DNA of 64,000 nucleotides from an uncultured delta proteobacterium (GTDB taxonomy: Bacteria > Myxococcota > Myxococcia > Myxococcales > Myxococcaceae), in assembly GCA_963713045.1 (NCBI GenBank), contig CAVQKE010000003.1:992001-1056000 (forward strand). The letters are read 5' to 3'. Within the stretch, counting starts at the first letter, position 1. Every line of letters begins with the position of its first letter. The translations under genes and the position numbers were made by a program. The notes beneath the pieces were generated by a model. That model made no database searches and was not told where the DNA came from. It saw only the letters and a list, made by a program, of their open reading frames with translations. Of this stretch, positions 1 through 10,388 are shown piece after piece.

Positions 1-362
1 CCCGGGTTGAGGACCGCCAAATCCGATGGTCCCAGCGACGGGATTCCGTAAGCCAAAGCCTCCAAGTCGTTGATGAGGGAGACCTGCTCCAGCCCGAGCT
101 CCGAGGCCAACACCCGGCAATCCACGTCCCAGGGTAGATTGGGCGTCCGGACGCGGCCGTCACGCACCGGGCCGGCCAGGCCAAAGGCCGCCCCGCTGGC
201 CTCGGGCGAGCACTCCTCGACGAACATCCGCACCACCAGTTCGAGCCCGGAAAACTCGCGACTCCGGTAATTGCGCTCGGTCACCAGGACCGGCGTGCCA
301 TCGCGGACCTCGAAGAGCCCCATTCGGGCGTGGGTCCCGCCGATGTCACCGGCAACAATCAT
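1..362 (-). CDS. glk: glucokinase (5' part; runs off the window edge)
   Basis: Not in the ORF track. Manual minus-strand translation from ATG at 362 gives [17 protein letters not shown]...[19 protein letters not shown]...[12 protein letters not shown], the Glk motifs GDIGGT, AGPV, PNLPW and INDxEA. The start overlaps the zwf stop (ATGA). Confidence 0.92.
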   Translation of the reverse strand, partial: MIVAGDIGGTHARMGLFEVRDGTPVLVTERNYRSREFSGLELVVRMFVEECSPEASGAAFGLAGPVRDGRVRTPNLPWDVDCRVLASELGLEQVSLINDLEALAYGIPSLGPSDLAVLNP

Positions 363-1885
363 GTGTCCCCGTTTTCCCAGTGCCGCCCGTCCTTTTCCAG
401 GAGAGCGTCGGCCTCCGCCGGACCCCAGCTGCCGGCCGGATAATTGGGAAAGTCCCGCGGCGGCAGCGCCTTCCAGACGTCAATCAGCGGCTGCACCATT
501 CTCCAGCCAGCCTCGACCATGTCGGCTCGCTGGAAGAGGGTCGCCTCGCCCACCATCGCGTCGTAGAGGAGGGTCTCGTATCCGGTGCTGGGTTTGGCCC
601 CGAACCAATCCACGTACCGGAAGTCCATCTTCACCGCTCCCATCTCGAGGATGGGCCCGGGCACCTTTGCCCCGAAGCGCAGTGAAATGCCTTCGTCCGG
701 CTGGATGCGGACGAAGAGTCGATTGGTGGTGAGGTGGCTGACCGAGGTGCGGGTGAAGAGCATGAAGGGAGCAGTCTTGAATTGGATGACGATTTCCGTC
801 ACCCGCTTCGGCATCCGCTTACCGGTCCGCACGTAGAACGGGACGTGCGCCCAGCGCCAATTGTCGATGTAGAGGCGGATCGCCACCAAGGTGTCGGTGG
901 TGCTCTCCGGCGACACCTTTTCTTCCTCGCGGTAGCCGCGGACTTTCTGCCCCTTCACCTGTCCCGGGCCGTACTGGCCTCGCACCGCAGCATGCAGAAC
1001 ATCCTCCGGCGAGAGCGGCTGGATGGACTTGAGGAGCTTGACCTGCTCGTCTCGCACCGCGTCGGCATGGAAGGAGATGGGCGGTTCCATCCCCACAAGG
1101 CTGACCAGTTGCGCGATGTGGTTGGGCACCATGTCGCGCAGCGCGCCGGCATTGTCGTAGTACCCACCGCGAGCCTCGACGCCCAGCTCCTCGGCCGCGG
1201 TCACCTGCACATGGTCAATGTAGTGGTGGTTCCAAATCGGCTCGAAAATGCTGTTGCCGAAACGGAAAACGAGGAGGTTTTGGACCGTCTCCTTGCCCAA
1301 GTAATGGTCGATGCGGAAAATCTGCCGCTCGCCCACCACCGCGCGGAGGTCCTGGTTGAGTTTGATGGCGGAAGGCAGGTCATGCCCAAACGGTTTCTCG
1401 ATGACCACCCGCCGCCAGTGTCCGCCGCTCTCTTCGAGAAGCCCGGCGCCCCCCAGCCCCTGGACGATGGACGCAAAAAACTCTGGCGCCACCGAGAGGT
1501 AGAACATGTAGTTGCCGGGCGTCTTCAGTTGCGCGTCGAGCTTGGAGAGAAACTCGCGCAAATGTTTGAACGTCTCAGGCCGAGCGACGTCGCCGGTCAG
1601 ATAGAAAATCCGCTCGGACAAGCCGCTCCATGCGCGCCGCGCCTCGTCCGTCGCCAGGGCCTTCTCGTCGGGCTTGGTCTTCTCTCGGAAGCTGGCGTGG
1701 GACATTTCCGAGCGCGCCACGCCCACCACGCCAATGTCCCGGGCAAGGAAGCCCTGGTTTTGAAGGTTGAACAGCGCTGGGACCAGCTTGCGCTGGGTGA
1801 GGTCGCCGGAGGCGCCAAAAATCACCACCACACAGGGGTCGCCCACCCGCACCTCAGCCCCTCTCGTCGCCGGAGACGCGTTCAC
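359..1885 (-). CDS. zwf: glucose-6-phosphate 1-dehydrogenase
   Basis: GASGDL nucleotide-binding motif, RIDHYLGKE active-site motif, EKPFG and RTGKR. Start moved to GTG 1885, which has a purine-rich SD-like sequence upstream (ORF track extends to 1957). Confidence 0.95.
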   Translation of the reverse strand: MNASPATRGAEVRVGDPCVVVIFGASGDLTQRKLVPALFNLQNQGFLARDIGVVGVARSEMSHASFREKTKPDEKALATDEARRAWSGLSERIFYLTGDVARPETFKHLREFLSKLDAQLKTPGNYMFYLSVAPEFFASIVQGLGGAGLLEESGGHWRRVVIEKPFGHDLPSAIKLNQDLRAVVGERQIFRIDHYLGKETVQNLLVFRFGNSIFEPIWNHHYIDHVQVTAAEELGVEARGGYYDNAGALRDMVPNHIAQLVSLVGMEPPISFHADAVRDEQVKLLKSIQPLSPEDVLHAAVRGQYGPGQVKGQKVRGYREEEKVSPESTTDTLVAIRLYIDNWRWAHVPFYVRTGKRMPKRVTEIVIQFKTAPFMLFTRTSVSHLTTNRLFVRIQPDEGISLRFGAKVPGPILEMGAVKMDFRYVDWFGAKPSTGYETLLYDAMVGEATLFQRADMVEAGWRMVQPLIDVWKALPPRDFPNYPAGSWGPAEADALLEKDGRHWENGDT

Positions 1886-1919
1886 GGCTTCCCCTGGCCT
1901 GGCGTTTCCCGGTGCCCGC

Positions 1920-3053
1920 TCATGCCTTTCCTCCCTGAGTGCGCAGCTTGTCGGCAATGGCCTGGAAGAGGTCGTCGAAGGACTCGGCGAATTTCTGTAC
2001 CCCTTCCGTCACCAAGGTGTCGGTGACCTCCTTCATGGAGATGCCCGATTGCTCCAGGGTGCGCATGACATTCTCGGCGCCCTTCAAATCCTCGGTGAGG
2101 CTCTGGCGCACCTTTCCATGGTCGCGGAAGGCGTCGAGAGTCGCCGGCGGAACCGTGTTCACCGTGTCCGGGCCGATGAGCTCCTCGACGTAGAGGACGT
2201 CCGAGTACTGGGCGTTCTTGGTTCCAGTACTGGCCCACAGCACCCGTTGGGTGTGCGCCCCCTTGCCGGCCAGCGCCTGCCACCGGGGACCGCTGAAGAG
2301 GCCCTGGTAGAGGCGGTAGGCGAGTTTGGCATTGGCGATGGCCACTCGACCCAGCACGCCGTCGAACAGCTGGCCACGGCGTTGGTCGACGCCCTGAGCG
2401 CGGGCCTTGCCGACGCGCTTTTCCACCTCGGAGTCAATGCGGCTGACGAAGAAACTGGCGACCGAGGCGAGCTCCGCGACGTCCAGGCCTGCTTTGGCAC
2501 GTCGCTCCAACCCACGCAGGTAAGCCTCGGCCACGGTGACGTACGCTTCCTGACTGAAGAGAAGCGTGACGTTGATGTTGATGCCTTCGCTGATGCACTG
2601 CTCGATGGCCGGAACGCCTTGGGGCGTTCCGGGAATTTTAATCATCACATTGGGCGCACCGAGCGCCTTCCACAGGCGCCGCGCCTCCTCGATGGACCCC
2701 TGGGTGTCGTGGGCCAACTTGGGCGAAACCTCCAGCGAGCAGTAGCCGTCGCGGTGGGCCGAGGATTCCCAGACCGGGCGAAAGATACGGGCGGCGTCGC
2801 GGATGTCCCGCAACGTCAATGCGTCGTAGGCCTGGGACACCGTCTTCCGCTCGAGCGCCAGCGCACCAAAAAGTTCGTCATAGTCGTCGCTTCCGGCCAC
2901 CGCCTTCTCGAAGATGGTTGGGTTCGACGTCAATCCCCGAATGCCGTCCTGGTCGATGAGCTTGCCCAGCGCCCCGGTGGTGAGCAGGCTGCGCTGCATG
3001 AAGTCCAGCCAGACGCTTTGGCCGGCACGCCCGAGTTCTTCAACGCGATTCAT
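1920..3053 (-). CDS. tal: transaldolase
   Basis: [46 protein letters not shown] and LWASTGTK motifs. ATG 3053 is preceded by GGAGA. Confidence 0.95.
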   Translation of the reverse strand: MNRVEELGRAGQSVWLDFMQRSLLTTGALGKLIDQDGIRGLTSNPTIFEKAVAGSDDYDELFGALALERKTVSQAYDALTLRDIRDAARIFRPVWESSAHRDGYCSLEVSPKLAHDTQGSIEEARRLWKALGAPNVMIKIPGTPQGVPAIEQCISEGININVTLLFSQEAYVTVAEAYLRGLERRAKAGLDVAELASVASFFVSRIDSEVEKRVGKARAQGVDQRRGQLFDGVLGRVAIANAKLAYRLYQGLFSGPRWQALAGKGAHTQRVLWASTGTKNAQYSDVLYVEELIGPDTVNTVPPATLDAFRDHGKVRQSLTEDLKGAENVMRTLEQSGISMKEVTDTLVTEGVQKFAESFDDLFQAIADKLRTQGGKA

Positions 3054-3156
3054 GGTGTCTCCCAACGTTTCGTCCCATTCGACTGACAGCACTGGCCGCT
3101 GGACTGCTTCTGACAAGGAGCGCCGCGAAAAGCGAGGCCGGGCGCACGGGGCTGTC

Positions 3157-5208
3157 TCACTTGCCCTGGACCAGCGCCCGCGCCGCCTCGGCGATCCGCT
3201 CGGGCGTAAAGCCGAAGTGCTGGTACAGGTCCTTGATGGGCGCCGAGGCGCCGAAGCTGCGCATGCCGATGATGGTGCCCCGAGGGCCAACGTACCGGTC
3301 CCAGCCTTGGACCGCTGCCGCCTCCACCGACACCCGGGCGGTCACCGCGGCCGGCAGCACGCTTTCGCGGTACGCGGCGTCCTGCTCTTCGAAGAGCTGC
3401 CAGCAGGGCATGCTCACCACTCTGGCGCGAATGCCACCCTCGGCGAGTTGGGCTCGCGCTGCCACTGCCATCGCCACCTCGCTGCCGGTCGCCAACAGCA
3501 GTACCTGCGGGGAACCGCCGGCTGCCTCGGCCAGGACGTAGGCGCCCCGGGCCACCCCCGAGGCGGCGCCGAATTGGCTTCGGTCGAAAGTCGGCAGCGC
3601 CTGGCGGGACAGGACCAGCATCGACGGGCGGTGAGTGGTTTGCATGACGACCCGCCAGCACTCGACAACTTCGTTCGCATCCGCGGGTCGGAACACCAAC
3701 AGCCCTGGCACCGCTCGCAGCGCAGCCAGTTGCTCGATGGGTTGATGGGTCGGCCCATCCTCACCGAGGCCAATCGAATCGTGCGTCATCAGCCACAGCG
3801 AGGGAATCTCCATCAGCGCCGAGAGGCGGATGGGCGTGCGCATGTAGTCGGTGAAGGTAAAAAAGGTGGCGCCATAGCCTCGAAGGCCGCTGAGCACCAT
3901 GCCGTTGACGACAGCTCCCATGGCATGCTCGCGGACCCCATAGTAGATGTTGCGCGCCGCTGGGTGGTCTGCCTCCATCGGGCCTTCGCCTTTGAAGGCG
4001 GTCCGGGTGGAGCCGCTCAAGTCTGCGGCGCCTCCGACAATCCACGGAATCCGCTGGCCCAGGGCTTCCAGCACCTTGCCCGAGGATTCGCGCGTCGCCA
4101 TCCCCTTGGCGTCCACAGGGAAGGCGGTGAGGGCAGCTTCCCAGCCCGCCGGTAGCTCTCGTCGGTCGATGCAGTCCACTTCGTGCGCCAAGTCAGGGTA
4201 TTCGCGGCGGTACTCGAGAAACATGCGTTCCCAGGCCTCGCGGGCCGCCCGGCCCCGCCTCCCCAGTCCCTGCTCGAAGTCTTCGCGAACCCCGTCCGGA
4301 ACGAGAAACTGCGCGTCCTCCGGCCACCCATAGGCCCGCTTGGCCGCGCGGGCTTCCTCCTCTCCCAGCGGCTCGCCGTGGGCGGCGCTGGTGTCCTGTT
4401 TCTTGGGCGCGCCGTAGCCAATGTGGCTGTCGACGATGATGAGCGTCGGCCGGTCGCGCGTCTGGCGAAAGAAGGCAAACGCTGCGGCCAGCTTCTCCAG
4501 GTCGTTCGCATCATCGACGTGAGTGACCGCCCAGCCCATCGCGCCGAAGCGCGCGGCAGTGTCCTCGGAGTAGGAGAGGGCCGCCTTCCCGTCGAGGGTG
4601 ACGTAGTTGTTGTCGTAAATCCAGCAGAGGTTCGACAGCTTCAGGTGGCCAGCGAGCGACGAGGCCTCGGAGGAGATTCCTTCCATCATGCAGCCGTCGC
4701 CCAGGAAGGCATAGACGTTGAAGTCGAAGAGTGTCTTCCCCGCGCGGTTGAAATGCGTGCCCAGCCAGCGTGAGGCAATGGCCATTCCCACGCTGTTGCC
4801 TGCACCCTGCCCGAGAGGCCCGGTGGTGGCCTCCACGCCGGTGGTCAGGCCGTACTCCGGATGACCCGGCGTCCGACTCCCGAGCTGCCGGAAGGCTTTG
4901 ATGTCGTCCAGGGACACCGCTGGACCCGTGCCGACCTTTCCGGCCTTGTCCACCTCCCGCACCCCGGCGAGAAAGAGGGTGGAGTACAGCAACATCGAGG
5001 CATGGCCATTGGAGAGGACGAAGCGGTCCCGGTTCGGCCAGAGCGGTTGCGTTGGGTCATACCGCAGGACGTCACGCCACAGCGCGTAGGCGACCGGTGC
5101 GAATCCCATCGGCGCCCCAGGGTGGCCCGAGTTGGCCTTCTGGACCGCATCAATGCTCAGTGTCCGCAGCGTGTTGATGGCGAGCTGCGCGATGCTTGGG
5201 CTGGGCAC
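3157..5208 (-). CDS. tkt: transketolase
   Basis: SGHPG, RDRFVLSNGH, TTGPLGQG, GDGCMMEG (TPP-binding), GVREHAM and GEDGPTHQP motifs. Confidence 0.97.
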   Translation of the reverse strand: MPSPSIAQLAINTLRTLSIDAVQKANSGHPGAPMGFAPVAYALWRDVLRYDPTQPLWPNRDRFVLSNGHASMLLYSTLFLAGVREVDKAGKVGTGPAVSLDDIKAFRQLGSRTPGHPEYGLTTGVEATTGPLGQGAGNSVGMAIASRWLGTHFNRAGKTLFDFNVYAFLGDGCMMEGISSEASSLAGHLKLSNLCWIYDNNYVTLDGKAALSYSEDTAARFGAMGWAVTHVDDANDLEKLAAAFAFFRQTRDRPTLIIVDSHIGYGAPKKQDTSAAHGEPLGEEEARAAKRAYGWPEDAQFLVPDGVREDFEQGLGRRGRAAREAWERMFLEYRREYPDLAHEVDCIDRRELPAGWEAALTAFPVDAKGMATRESSGKVLEALGQRIPWIVGGAADLSGSTRTAFKGEGPMEADHPAARNIYYGVREHAMGAVVNGMVLSGLRGYGATFFTFTDYMRTPIRLSALMEIPSLWLMTHDSIGLGEDGPTHQPIEQLAALRAVPGLLVFRPADANEVVECWRVVMQTTHRPSMLVLSRQALPTFDRSQFGAASGVARGAYVLAEAAGGSPQVLLLATGSEVAMAVAARAQLAEGGIRARVVSMPCWQLFEEQDAAYRESVLPAAVTARVSVEAAAVQGWDRYVGPRGTIIGMRSFGASAPIKDLYQHFGFTPERIAEAARALVQGK

Positions 5209-5508
5209 GGGGACGTACTCCCTTGTGGGCGCGAGATGCCGGGTGGCCCCCGGAGTTCTGCGCTACACCGATGGGTGTGGGCAAGCCGCCGCCGTGTGAC
5301 ACATCCGCAACCCTGATGGCGCTGGGGGGGCCCCACAGTGGCGTCGTAACGGATTCCCCTCAGGGCTTCCACCTGAAACCCACATCCGCGCCAAACATCC
5401 GACAGCGGTCGGCAAACTGCCCGGAGACGAAAAAGGCCGTACACTCCCTGGGCCTCTTCGACCGGGCGGCCCGCCTTCCACTGGGAGCCGGCTGCTACAG
5501 AGCGACGG

Positions 5509-7965
5509 ATGTCCGACACCCGCGCAGCAATTCGCGAGCTGCGTACCCTCAGCGAGAAGCGAAGCCTCAGCGCGCTCACCGAGCTCGAAGCAGCCCGGTG
5601 GATGGCGCTTCGGCGCCAGCTGGGACTGCCCCCGGAGCCACCCAACGTCGAACTGGCCCCGCCCTTCGCGGCCGAAGCGGAAGCCGGTCCTGAGCCGGCG
5701 ACTTCCGCCACCCCAGTCGAGTCGGCGGAGGCGGTCCCAATTCCCACCCTACCCCAGGAGGAGCTGCCGAGGGCGCGGGGTCCGGAGCTGCCCTCTGCGG
5801 CCCCGGTGGGGACAAAGGGGCCAGAGTCTTGGACCGGCCCCTCAATCGACCATCCCCCGAGCGCGACAACGTCCTCCTGGGGCGGTCCTGCGCTGGACGC
5901 GCCTGCCTGGTCGGACGCGGCGGCCGATCGCCCAACGGACCCGGGGCTAGAGGCCCCTCCGCCCGCGCCCTTCGACGAGGCGCCGGCCGCTAGACCTCAA
6001 CCGGAAGTCCCCTCCATGGAGTTGGGCGGCGCTCCGGATGAGCCGCTGCAGCTGGCGGCAGCAGCGGAATTCATCTCCTACGCACGCGACGGCAACGAGG
6101 GCATTGAGTTGCCGCCAGACCCTGGCCACATCGCCTTCGAGGCGCAGGGACTGGCGGACCTCACCGAGGCGGCGCCGAGCGCAGATGCCCTCAGCGGGTT
6201 GTTGTCGGCTCCCGATGTCCCCTGGGTTGTGCCGTCCGGAGAAGCGCCTTCCGCCGTCCAAGCTGCAGAGGCCCCGGGCTTCGAGACGACGGAGCCCGCT
6301 TCTGAAGGCACGGTCGAGGCGTTGGCCGAAAACGAGGGCGCAATTCCCCTGACGCCGGCGCCGATGCCCGCGCTGGAGGTGCGGATGCCCGGGACGCTGG
6401 CCGAGGATGATTCGGCCGTCCGCTTGACGCCGGAGCCGCTTCCGCTGGAAACGCTCGCGCCGCAGATGCTCGCGGACGAGGGGGCTGTTGCGCTGACGCC
6501 TGCCCCAATGCCCTTCCCCCCCATGGAGCCCACCGGGATGGAGGGCGCCATGCCCCTCGCGCCGGCGCCGCTTCCCCTGGAAGCGCTTGCGCCAGCGATG
6601 TTGGCCACCGAGGGCGCGCTCCCTTTGACGCCAATTCCCTTCGAAGCGCTACCACCCGAGGCTAGGGCGCCGGTCGGCTTCACGCCTCAGGCAGAGCTCC
6701 CAGTCGAAGACGTCCCGGTCGAGGCAGCCGCTCCGCGTGAGGAGCCGGACGGTTCCCCGGCCGCCGGGAGGCACAGCCCACCCTCCACTTGGGCCCCCGG
6801 CTCGGCGGCGCCGCCCGTCCTGGGGGCCGAACAATTCGCGAACTCCGGCGAAATGCTTGGCGAGGGCGGCCTCGACCCTTGGCCGGAACCGCTCTCCGCC
6901 GACGCTTCTGTTGAGGAGCCGGTGGAAACCGTCGGCGACGAGGACTTGGTGGAGGAGGTGGTGACGCCGCTGCCGCCCTTCCCGGTCACCTCACCCCCGG
7001 GGAGTGGCGGCATTCGGGGCTTTCAATTCCCGAGGCCCCCCACGGGAGGGGTGCCCGTACCCGTTCCGCCGAGCCCGCCCGCTCGCCGTCAGACGGAGGC
7101 GGCACCCAGCCTCACCTCCAGCGGCGCAGTCCGGGTGCCGGTGGCCGCGTCCGTGGCACCGACGACGCCGGTGCCGCAGCCGAGGCCGGTTCCATCGCCG
7201 AGCCCATTCCTCGTCGCCCCGCGACCGAAGCCGGTCAGCCCGGGGCCGAACCCCGCAGTCTCTTTCAACACGCCGGTGCCCTCCCCTCGTGCGCCCGTGC
7301 CTGCTGCGGTCACTGCGCCCGTCGCCCCCCCGCCTGCCGTACCCGTCAGGACTCCCGCGCCCAGCGCCCCGCAACCGGCGTCCCCCCCTAGGCGCCCTAC
7401 GCCGCCCCCGACAGTCCGGCTCTCCCCGCCTGCTCTTCAGCCGGTGGCCACCGAGGACGAAGGGGCAATGCCCCTGCTCGAGCTGGTGGACGAGGTGGAA
7501 CAGGGACGGCCGGCAGCCCGGCCCGAGGCGCCGCCCGAGGCCAGCCCAGCCCCTGGCACCCAGGGGGTGTTTGGGCCTCCGATGATGCTTAATCCGAGCT
7601 TCGTCGAAGGCGAGCACCGCGTGGTCATTCATACGCTGGAGGGCCAGGTGCACCGTGGCACCGTCAAGGACCTGGACCTCCAAGATGATGTGCTGCCCCT
7701 GCAACAACAGGACGGGCGCGCGGTGCGAATTCCCGCACGGCGCCTGAAGGCGGTCTTTTTCGTTCTCCCGCCCGGAGGAAAGACGTCGCTGTCGCGGGGC
7801 GAACGGGTACAGGTGACGTTCCGGGATGGACGTCAGGTGGTGGGCTACTCTGAAGACCACGCCAGCGGCGAGCCGGGCTTCTTCGTGGTGCCGTCGGACG
7901 CGCGCACCAACACGGCGCGCGTCTACGTCTACCGGGGCGGCGTCCAGTCCATCACCGCCGGGTGA
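5509..7965 (+). CDS. Pro/Ala/Glu-rich protein with a conserved C-terminal beta domain (DUF6982-like, myxobacterial)
   Basis: 818-aa ORF with a short N-terminal helix pair, a long low-complexity region, and a C-terminal ~115 aa with two similar units (RVVIHTLEGQVHRG / RVQVTFRDGRQVVG...GFFVVP) recalled from myxobacterial DUF6982 proteins. Confidence 0.6.
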   Translation: MSDTRAAIRELRTLSEKRSLSALTELEAARWMALRRQLGLPPEPPNVELAPPFAAEAEAGPEPATSATPVESAEAVPIPTLPQEELPRARGPELPSAAPVGTKGPESWTGPSIDHPPSATTSSWGGPALDAPAWSDAAADRPTDPGLEAPPPAPFDEAPAARPQPEVPSMELGGAPDEPLQLAAAAEFISYARDGNEGIELPPDPGHIAFEAQGLADLTEAAPSADALSGLLSAPDVPWVVPSGEAPSAVQAAEAPGFETTEPASEGTVEALAENEGAIPLTPAPMPALEVRMPGTLAEDDSAVRLTPEPLPLETLAPQMLADEGAVALTPAPMPFPPMEPTGMEGAMPLAPAPLPLEALAPAMLATEGALPLTPIPFEALPPEARAPVGFTPQAELPVEDVPVEAAAPREEPDGSPAAGRHSPPSTWAPGSAAPPVLGAEQFANSGEMLGEGGLDPWPEPLSADASVEEPVETVGDEDLVEEVVTPLPPFPVTSPPGSGGIRGFQFPRPPTGGVPVPVPPSPPARRQTEAAPSLTSSGAVRVPVAASVAPTTPVPQPRPVPSPSPFLVAPRPKPVSPGPNPAVSFNTPVPSPRAPVPAAVTAPVAPPPAVPVRTPAPSAPQPASPPRRPTPPPTVRLSPPALQPVATEDEGAMPLLELVDEVEQGRPAARPEAPPEASPAPGTQGVFGPPMMLNPSFVEGEHRVVIHTLEGQVHRGTVKDLDLQDDVLPLQQQDGRAVRIPARRLKAVFFVLPPGGKTSLSRGERVQVTFRDGRQVVGYSEDHASGEPGFFVVPSDARTNTARVYVYRGGVQSITAG
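6334..6660 (+). repeat. five degenerate ~20-25-aa peptide repeats (consensus EGAxxLTPxPxP) inside the 5509-7965 gene
   Basis: EGAIPLTPAPMP, DSAVRLTPEPLP, EGAVALTPAPMP, EGAMPLAPAPLP and EGALPLTPIPF are read directly in the translation. Confidence 0.75.
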
Positions 7966-7993
7966 CTGGCCCCGGTGCTGGCGCCGAAAAGGG

Positions 7994-8575
7994 CTACGGC
8001 TTGGGGTTGAGTTCGGCGTCGATTTGGATGTTCACGTCGTCGCCGACAAGCACACCACCGGTTTCCAGGGGCTTGTTCCAGACCAGGCCGAAGTCCTTCC
8101 GGTTCACCTTCGTCGTGGCCGAGACTCCCCGGCTGAGCTTGCCTCCCATGCCCTTCACCTCGGGGGTAATTTCAGCGGTGAGCACCGCCGGCTTGCTGAC
8201 CCCGTGAATGGTGAGGATGCCCTCAATGGTCAGCTGTCCGCCCTGACCGGGAGAGACTTTGGTCGACTTGAAGGTGATGGTCGGGTACTTCACCGCGTCG
8301 AAGAAGTCCGGCGATTTCAGGTGACCGTCCCGCTTCGGTTCGCGCGTGTCCACCGTGTCCACGGGGATGGTTGCCTCGACGGTACTTTTGGTGACGTCCT
8401 TGTCGTCGAGGTGCACCGAGCCGGTCACCCCGCTGAAGGCTCCACGGACGGTGGAAACCATCATGTGCTTGACTGCGAACTGAGCGCTGGTGTGCGCCGA
8501 GTCAAAGACCCAATCCGAAGCGTGCGCGGACAACGGGAAAGCGAAGACGGCGAGAGCAGCGATGGCAGAACGCAT
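7994..8575 (-). CDS. YceI family lipid/polyisoprenoid-binding protein with signal peptide
   Basis: MRSAIAALAVFAFPLSAHA signal, then WVFDSAHTSAQFAVKHMMVSTVRG, RDGHLKSPDFF and NRKDFGL. ATG 8575 has GAGGAG upstream. Confidence 0.92.
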   Translation of the reverse strand: MRSAIAALAVFAFPLSAHASDWVFDSAHTSAQFAVKHMMVSTVRGAFSGVTGSVHLDDKDVTKSTVEATIPVDTVDTREPKRDGHLKSPDFFDAVKYPTITFKSTKVSPGQGGQLTIEGILTIHGVSKPAVLTAEITPEVKGMGGKLSRGVSATTKVNRKDFGLVWNKPLETGGVLVGDDVNIQIDAELNPKP

Positions 8576-8637
8576 CTGTCTCCTCGGTTGATGGTGAGGC
8601 AGCGATGCATACTCGGCCCCAGCCGCCGATGCACGGC

Positions 8638-9363
8638 TCAGTGAAGGTACCGGTCGGAATCCCGCGAGGTATTGCGGTCTGGCGCCACCACCTTTAGGTG
8701 CCGAGAGCGACCGCGCAGGCGGCGATGGAGCCGCCAGGATTGGAGCCGGAGCAACCACAGCTGGGGACCCCCGACCTTCAGATAGGTGGCGGCAAGTAGC
8801 AGGCCCAACACCGAGGGCACGACCAGAAGCCACCCATAGAAAGCTCCCTCGAGAAACACGAAGCCGACGCCGATGAGTGCGAGCACGTTGCCTGAGACGG
8901 GGAGACCCCAGAAGTTGGTCCCCACCCGTCCCAGGGACAGTCCGTAGGCGACCCACAGACTGATGGCCATCACCCAACCGCCTCCGAAGCTGACCAGTGC
9001 CAGCGGTGCCACCACAGCAGACAGCGCCACCGTCAGGACGCCGGCGAGCACTGTGGTACCGACCGCAAAGCTCAACATCCGGCGCGGCCCCCAGGTTTGC
9101 TCGAGCGAGCCGCCAACTTGCCAGAGGATGAGCGCCGAGAAGATGACGCCCATCGGGCTGGTCTCGATGAAGCCATACGTCAATGGCTGCCACAGCCAGA
9201 GACGGCCGAGGACATCCGCTGGAGTCAGGAGGAGAGCCGCCCCGAGGCCCTGCCGTAAAAGCGCGTACAGCACCGAACCGGCAGCAAGGGCCACCGCGAG
9301 ACGGACCGCCGTGCTGTGGATGCCAGGAAAGCCGAAGCCCAGGTTACGTCGTCGTGGACGCAT
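8638..9363 (-). CDS. rhomboid-like intramembrane protein, probably catalytically inactive
   Basis: LWQPLTYGF and GGSLEQTWGPRR motifs with several TM helices. No GxS or downstream His is visible at the expected catalytic positions. Confidence 0.7.
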   Translation of the reverse strand: MRPRRRNLGFGFPGIHSTAVRLAVALAAGSVLYALLRQGLGAALLLTPADVLGRLWLWQPLTYGFIETSPMGVIFSALILWQVGGSLEQTWGPRRMLSFAVGTTVLAGVLTVALSAVVAPLALVSFGGGWVMAISLWVAYGLSLGRVGTNFWGLPVSGNVLALIGVGFVFLEGAFYGWLLVVPSVLGLLLAATYLKVGGPQLWLLRLQSWRLHRRLRGRSRHLKVVAPDRNTSRDSDRYLH

Positions 9364-9426
9364 CGAGGTGCAAGAGTGACGAGCACAGCCTTGCGACGCA
9401 AGCGCCAGTGGCGCTCGCCCCGGCGG

Positions 9427-9651
9427 CTAGGGCTTCGGGCGAAAGAAGAGCGTGATGGTCAGGCAGTGGAATTCCTTATCCGAGCTTTGCGTCACGACTT
9501 TGTCCACGACTTCAACGGTCGGGTTTTCGCGCAGCCACCGGGTGATGGCCTCCCCCATAACCTCGCGGTCTCGCGCCAGTGTGGTGGAGAACACCTTGAC
9601 CCCCGTGAACGCCTGCCCGCCCATCGGCTTGGCGTATACGTCCAAACTCAC
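9427..9651 (-). CDS. small conserved myxobacterial hypothetical protein
   Basis: FTGVKVFSTTLARDRE..GE.ITRWL...VVDKVVTQSSDKEFHCLTITLF resembles a small protein family recalled from myxobacteria. Start could be 9624. Confidence 0.7.
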   Translation of the reverse strand: MSLDVYAKPMGGQAFTGVKVFSTTLARDREVMGEAITRWLRENPTVEVVDKVVTQSSDKEFHCLTITLFFRPKP

Positions 9652-9689
9652 CTCTCAGCAACGAGGCGGGAAAGCTTCAGGGCCAACGG

Positions 9690-9905
9690 CTAGCGGCTGG
9701 CGCGGCGCGCCATGCAGGCCGCCTCCTCGCGGCATGCTGGACCGATGCCGTCCGGGTGCGCACCAAGGGGCGTCCGCTCCGACTCTTCGACCCCGCACAG
9801 GACGCATCGGCGCTTGCGCTGGCGCCGCTCGGCCCGTTGCTGCTCGGCGATGGCCTTGGCCCGTTCCCGGGCCTCCTTGTCTACACCGTCACCCATGGGA
9901 GGCAT
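9690..9905 (-). CDS. small putative Zn-binding protein
   Basis: Real part of ORF 9690-10424: a charged helix followed by CVLC...HPDGIGPAC.....C. Start 9905 or 9896. Confidence 0.6.
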   Translation of the reverse strand: MPPMGDGVDKEARERAKAIAEQQRAERRQRKRRCVLCGVEESERTPLGAHPDGIGPACREEAACMARRASR

Positions 9906-10016
9906 GAGTAACACACTGTCCCAGTGACAGAGGAGCCGTCGAAGCGTGAATTCGAGAGGCCCACGGGAAGGCGAGCGGACGCGACCAACCCCAGGGGGAC
10001 GAGGTAATCTCAGGCG

Positions 10017-10388
10017 GTGCCCGACATGACGCTGTACCCGGCTCGGTCTATTCCCTGGCTGCTGCTCTTGCTTGCTGCCTGCTCGGCGGGCAGTCCGACT
10101 CCGGCGACTGCGAAGGGGGCGCCCCGGGCCCCTGGCCTCACCGCCGCTTCGGACATTGGTGCCAGCGTCCGCCAACTGACGGCGCGCGGCTCTGACAACC
10201 TCGAGGTGACCGCCGGGCCTCTGCCCAATTCGAAAGTGATCCGGATTCGAGGCGGATTCAGCGAAGTGCTTCTGGCGAAAACCAATCCGGATGGAACGGT
10301 CAGCACCCGCTGCGTGGACTCGCCGGGCGGTGGCGATGCGTTTCTCAACGGCGCTGGCCCGTCCGCCCCGGTCAAGGCGGCGCAGTGA
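10017..10388 (+). CDS. small lipoprotein, post-PEP-CTERM-1-like, coupled to the downstream protease
   Basis: Lipobox LLAAC and C-terminal motif GGFSEVLLAKTNPDGTVSTRC. The stop overlaps the next GTG start. Start may be 10026. Confidence 0.6.
   Translation: MPDMTLYPARSIPWLLLLLAACSAGSPTPATAKGAPRAPGLTAASDIGASVRQLTARGSDNLEVTAGPLPNSKVIRIRGGFSEVLLAKTNPDGTVSTRCVDSPGGGDAFLNGAGPSAPVKAAQ

Noticed and set aside
734..4773. Long plus-strand ORFs opposite zwf/tal/tkt, and similar shadow ORFs opposite tssF, tssH, vgrG and the kinase
   Set aside because: These are antisense shadows expected from high-GC codon bias. They have no recognisable motifs and fully overlap confident genes.
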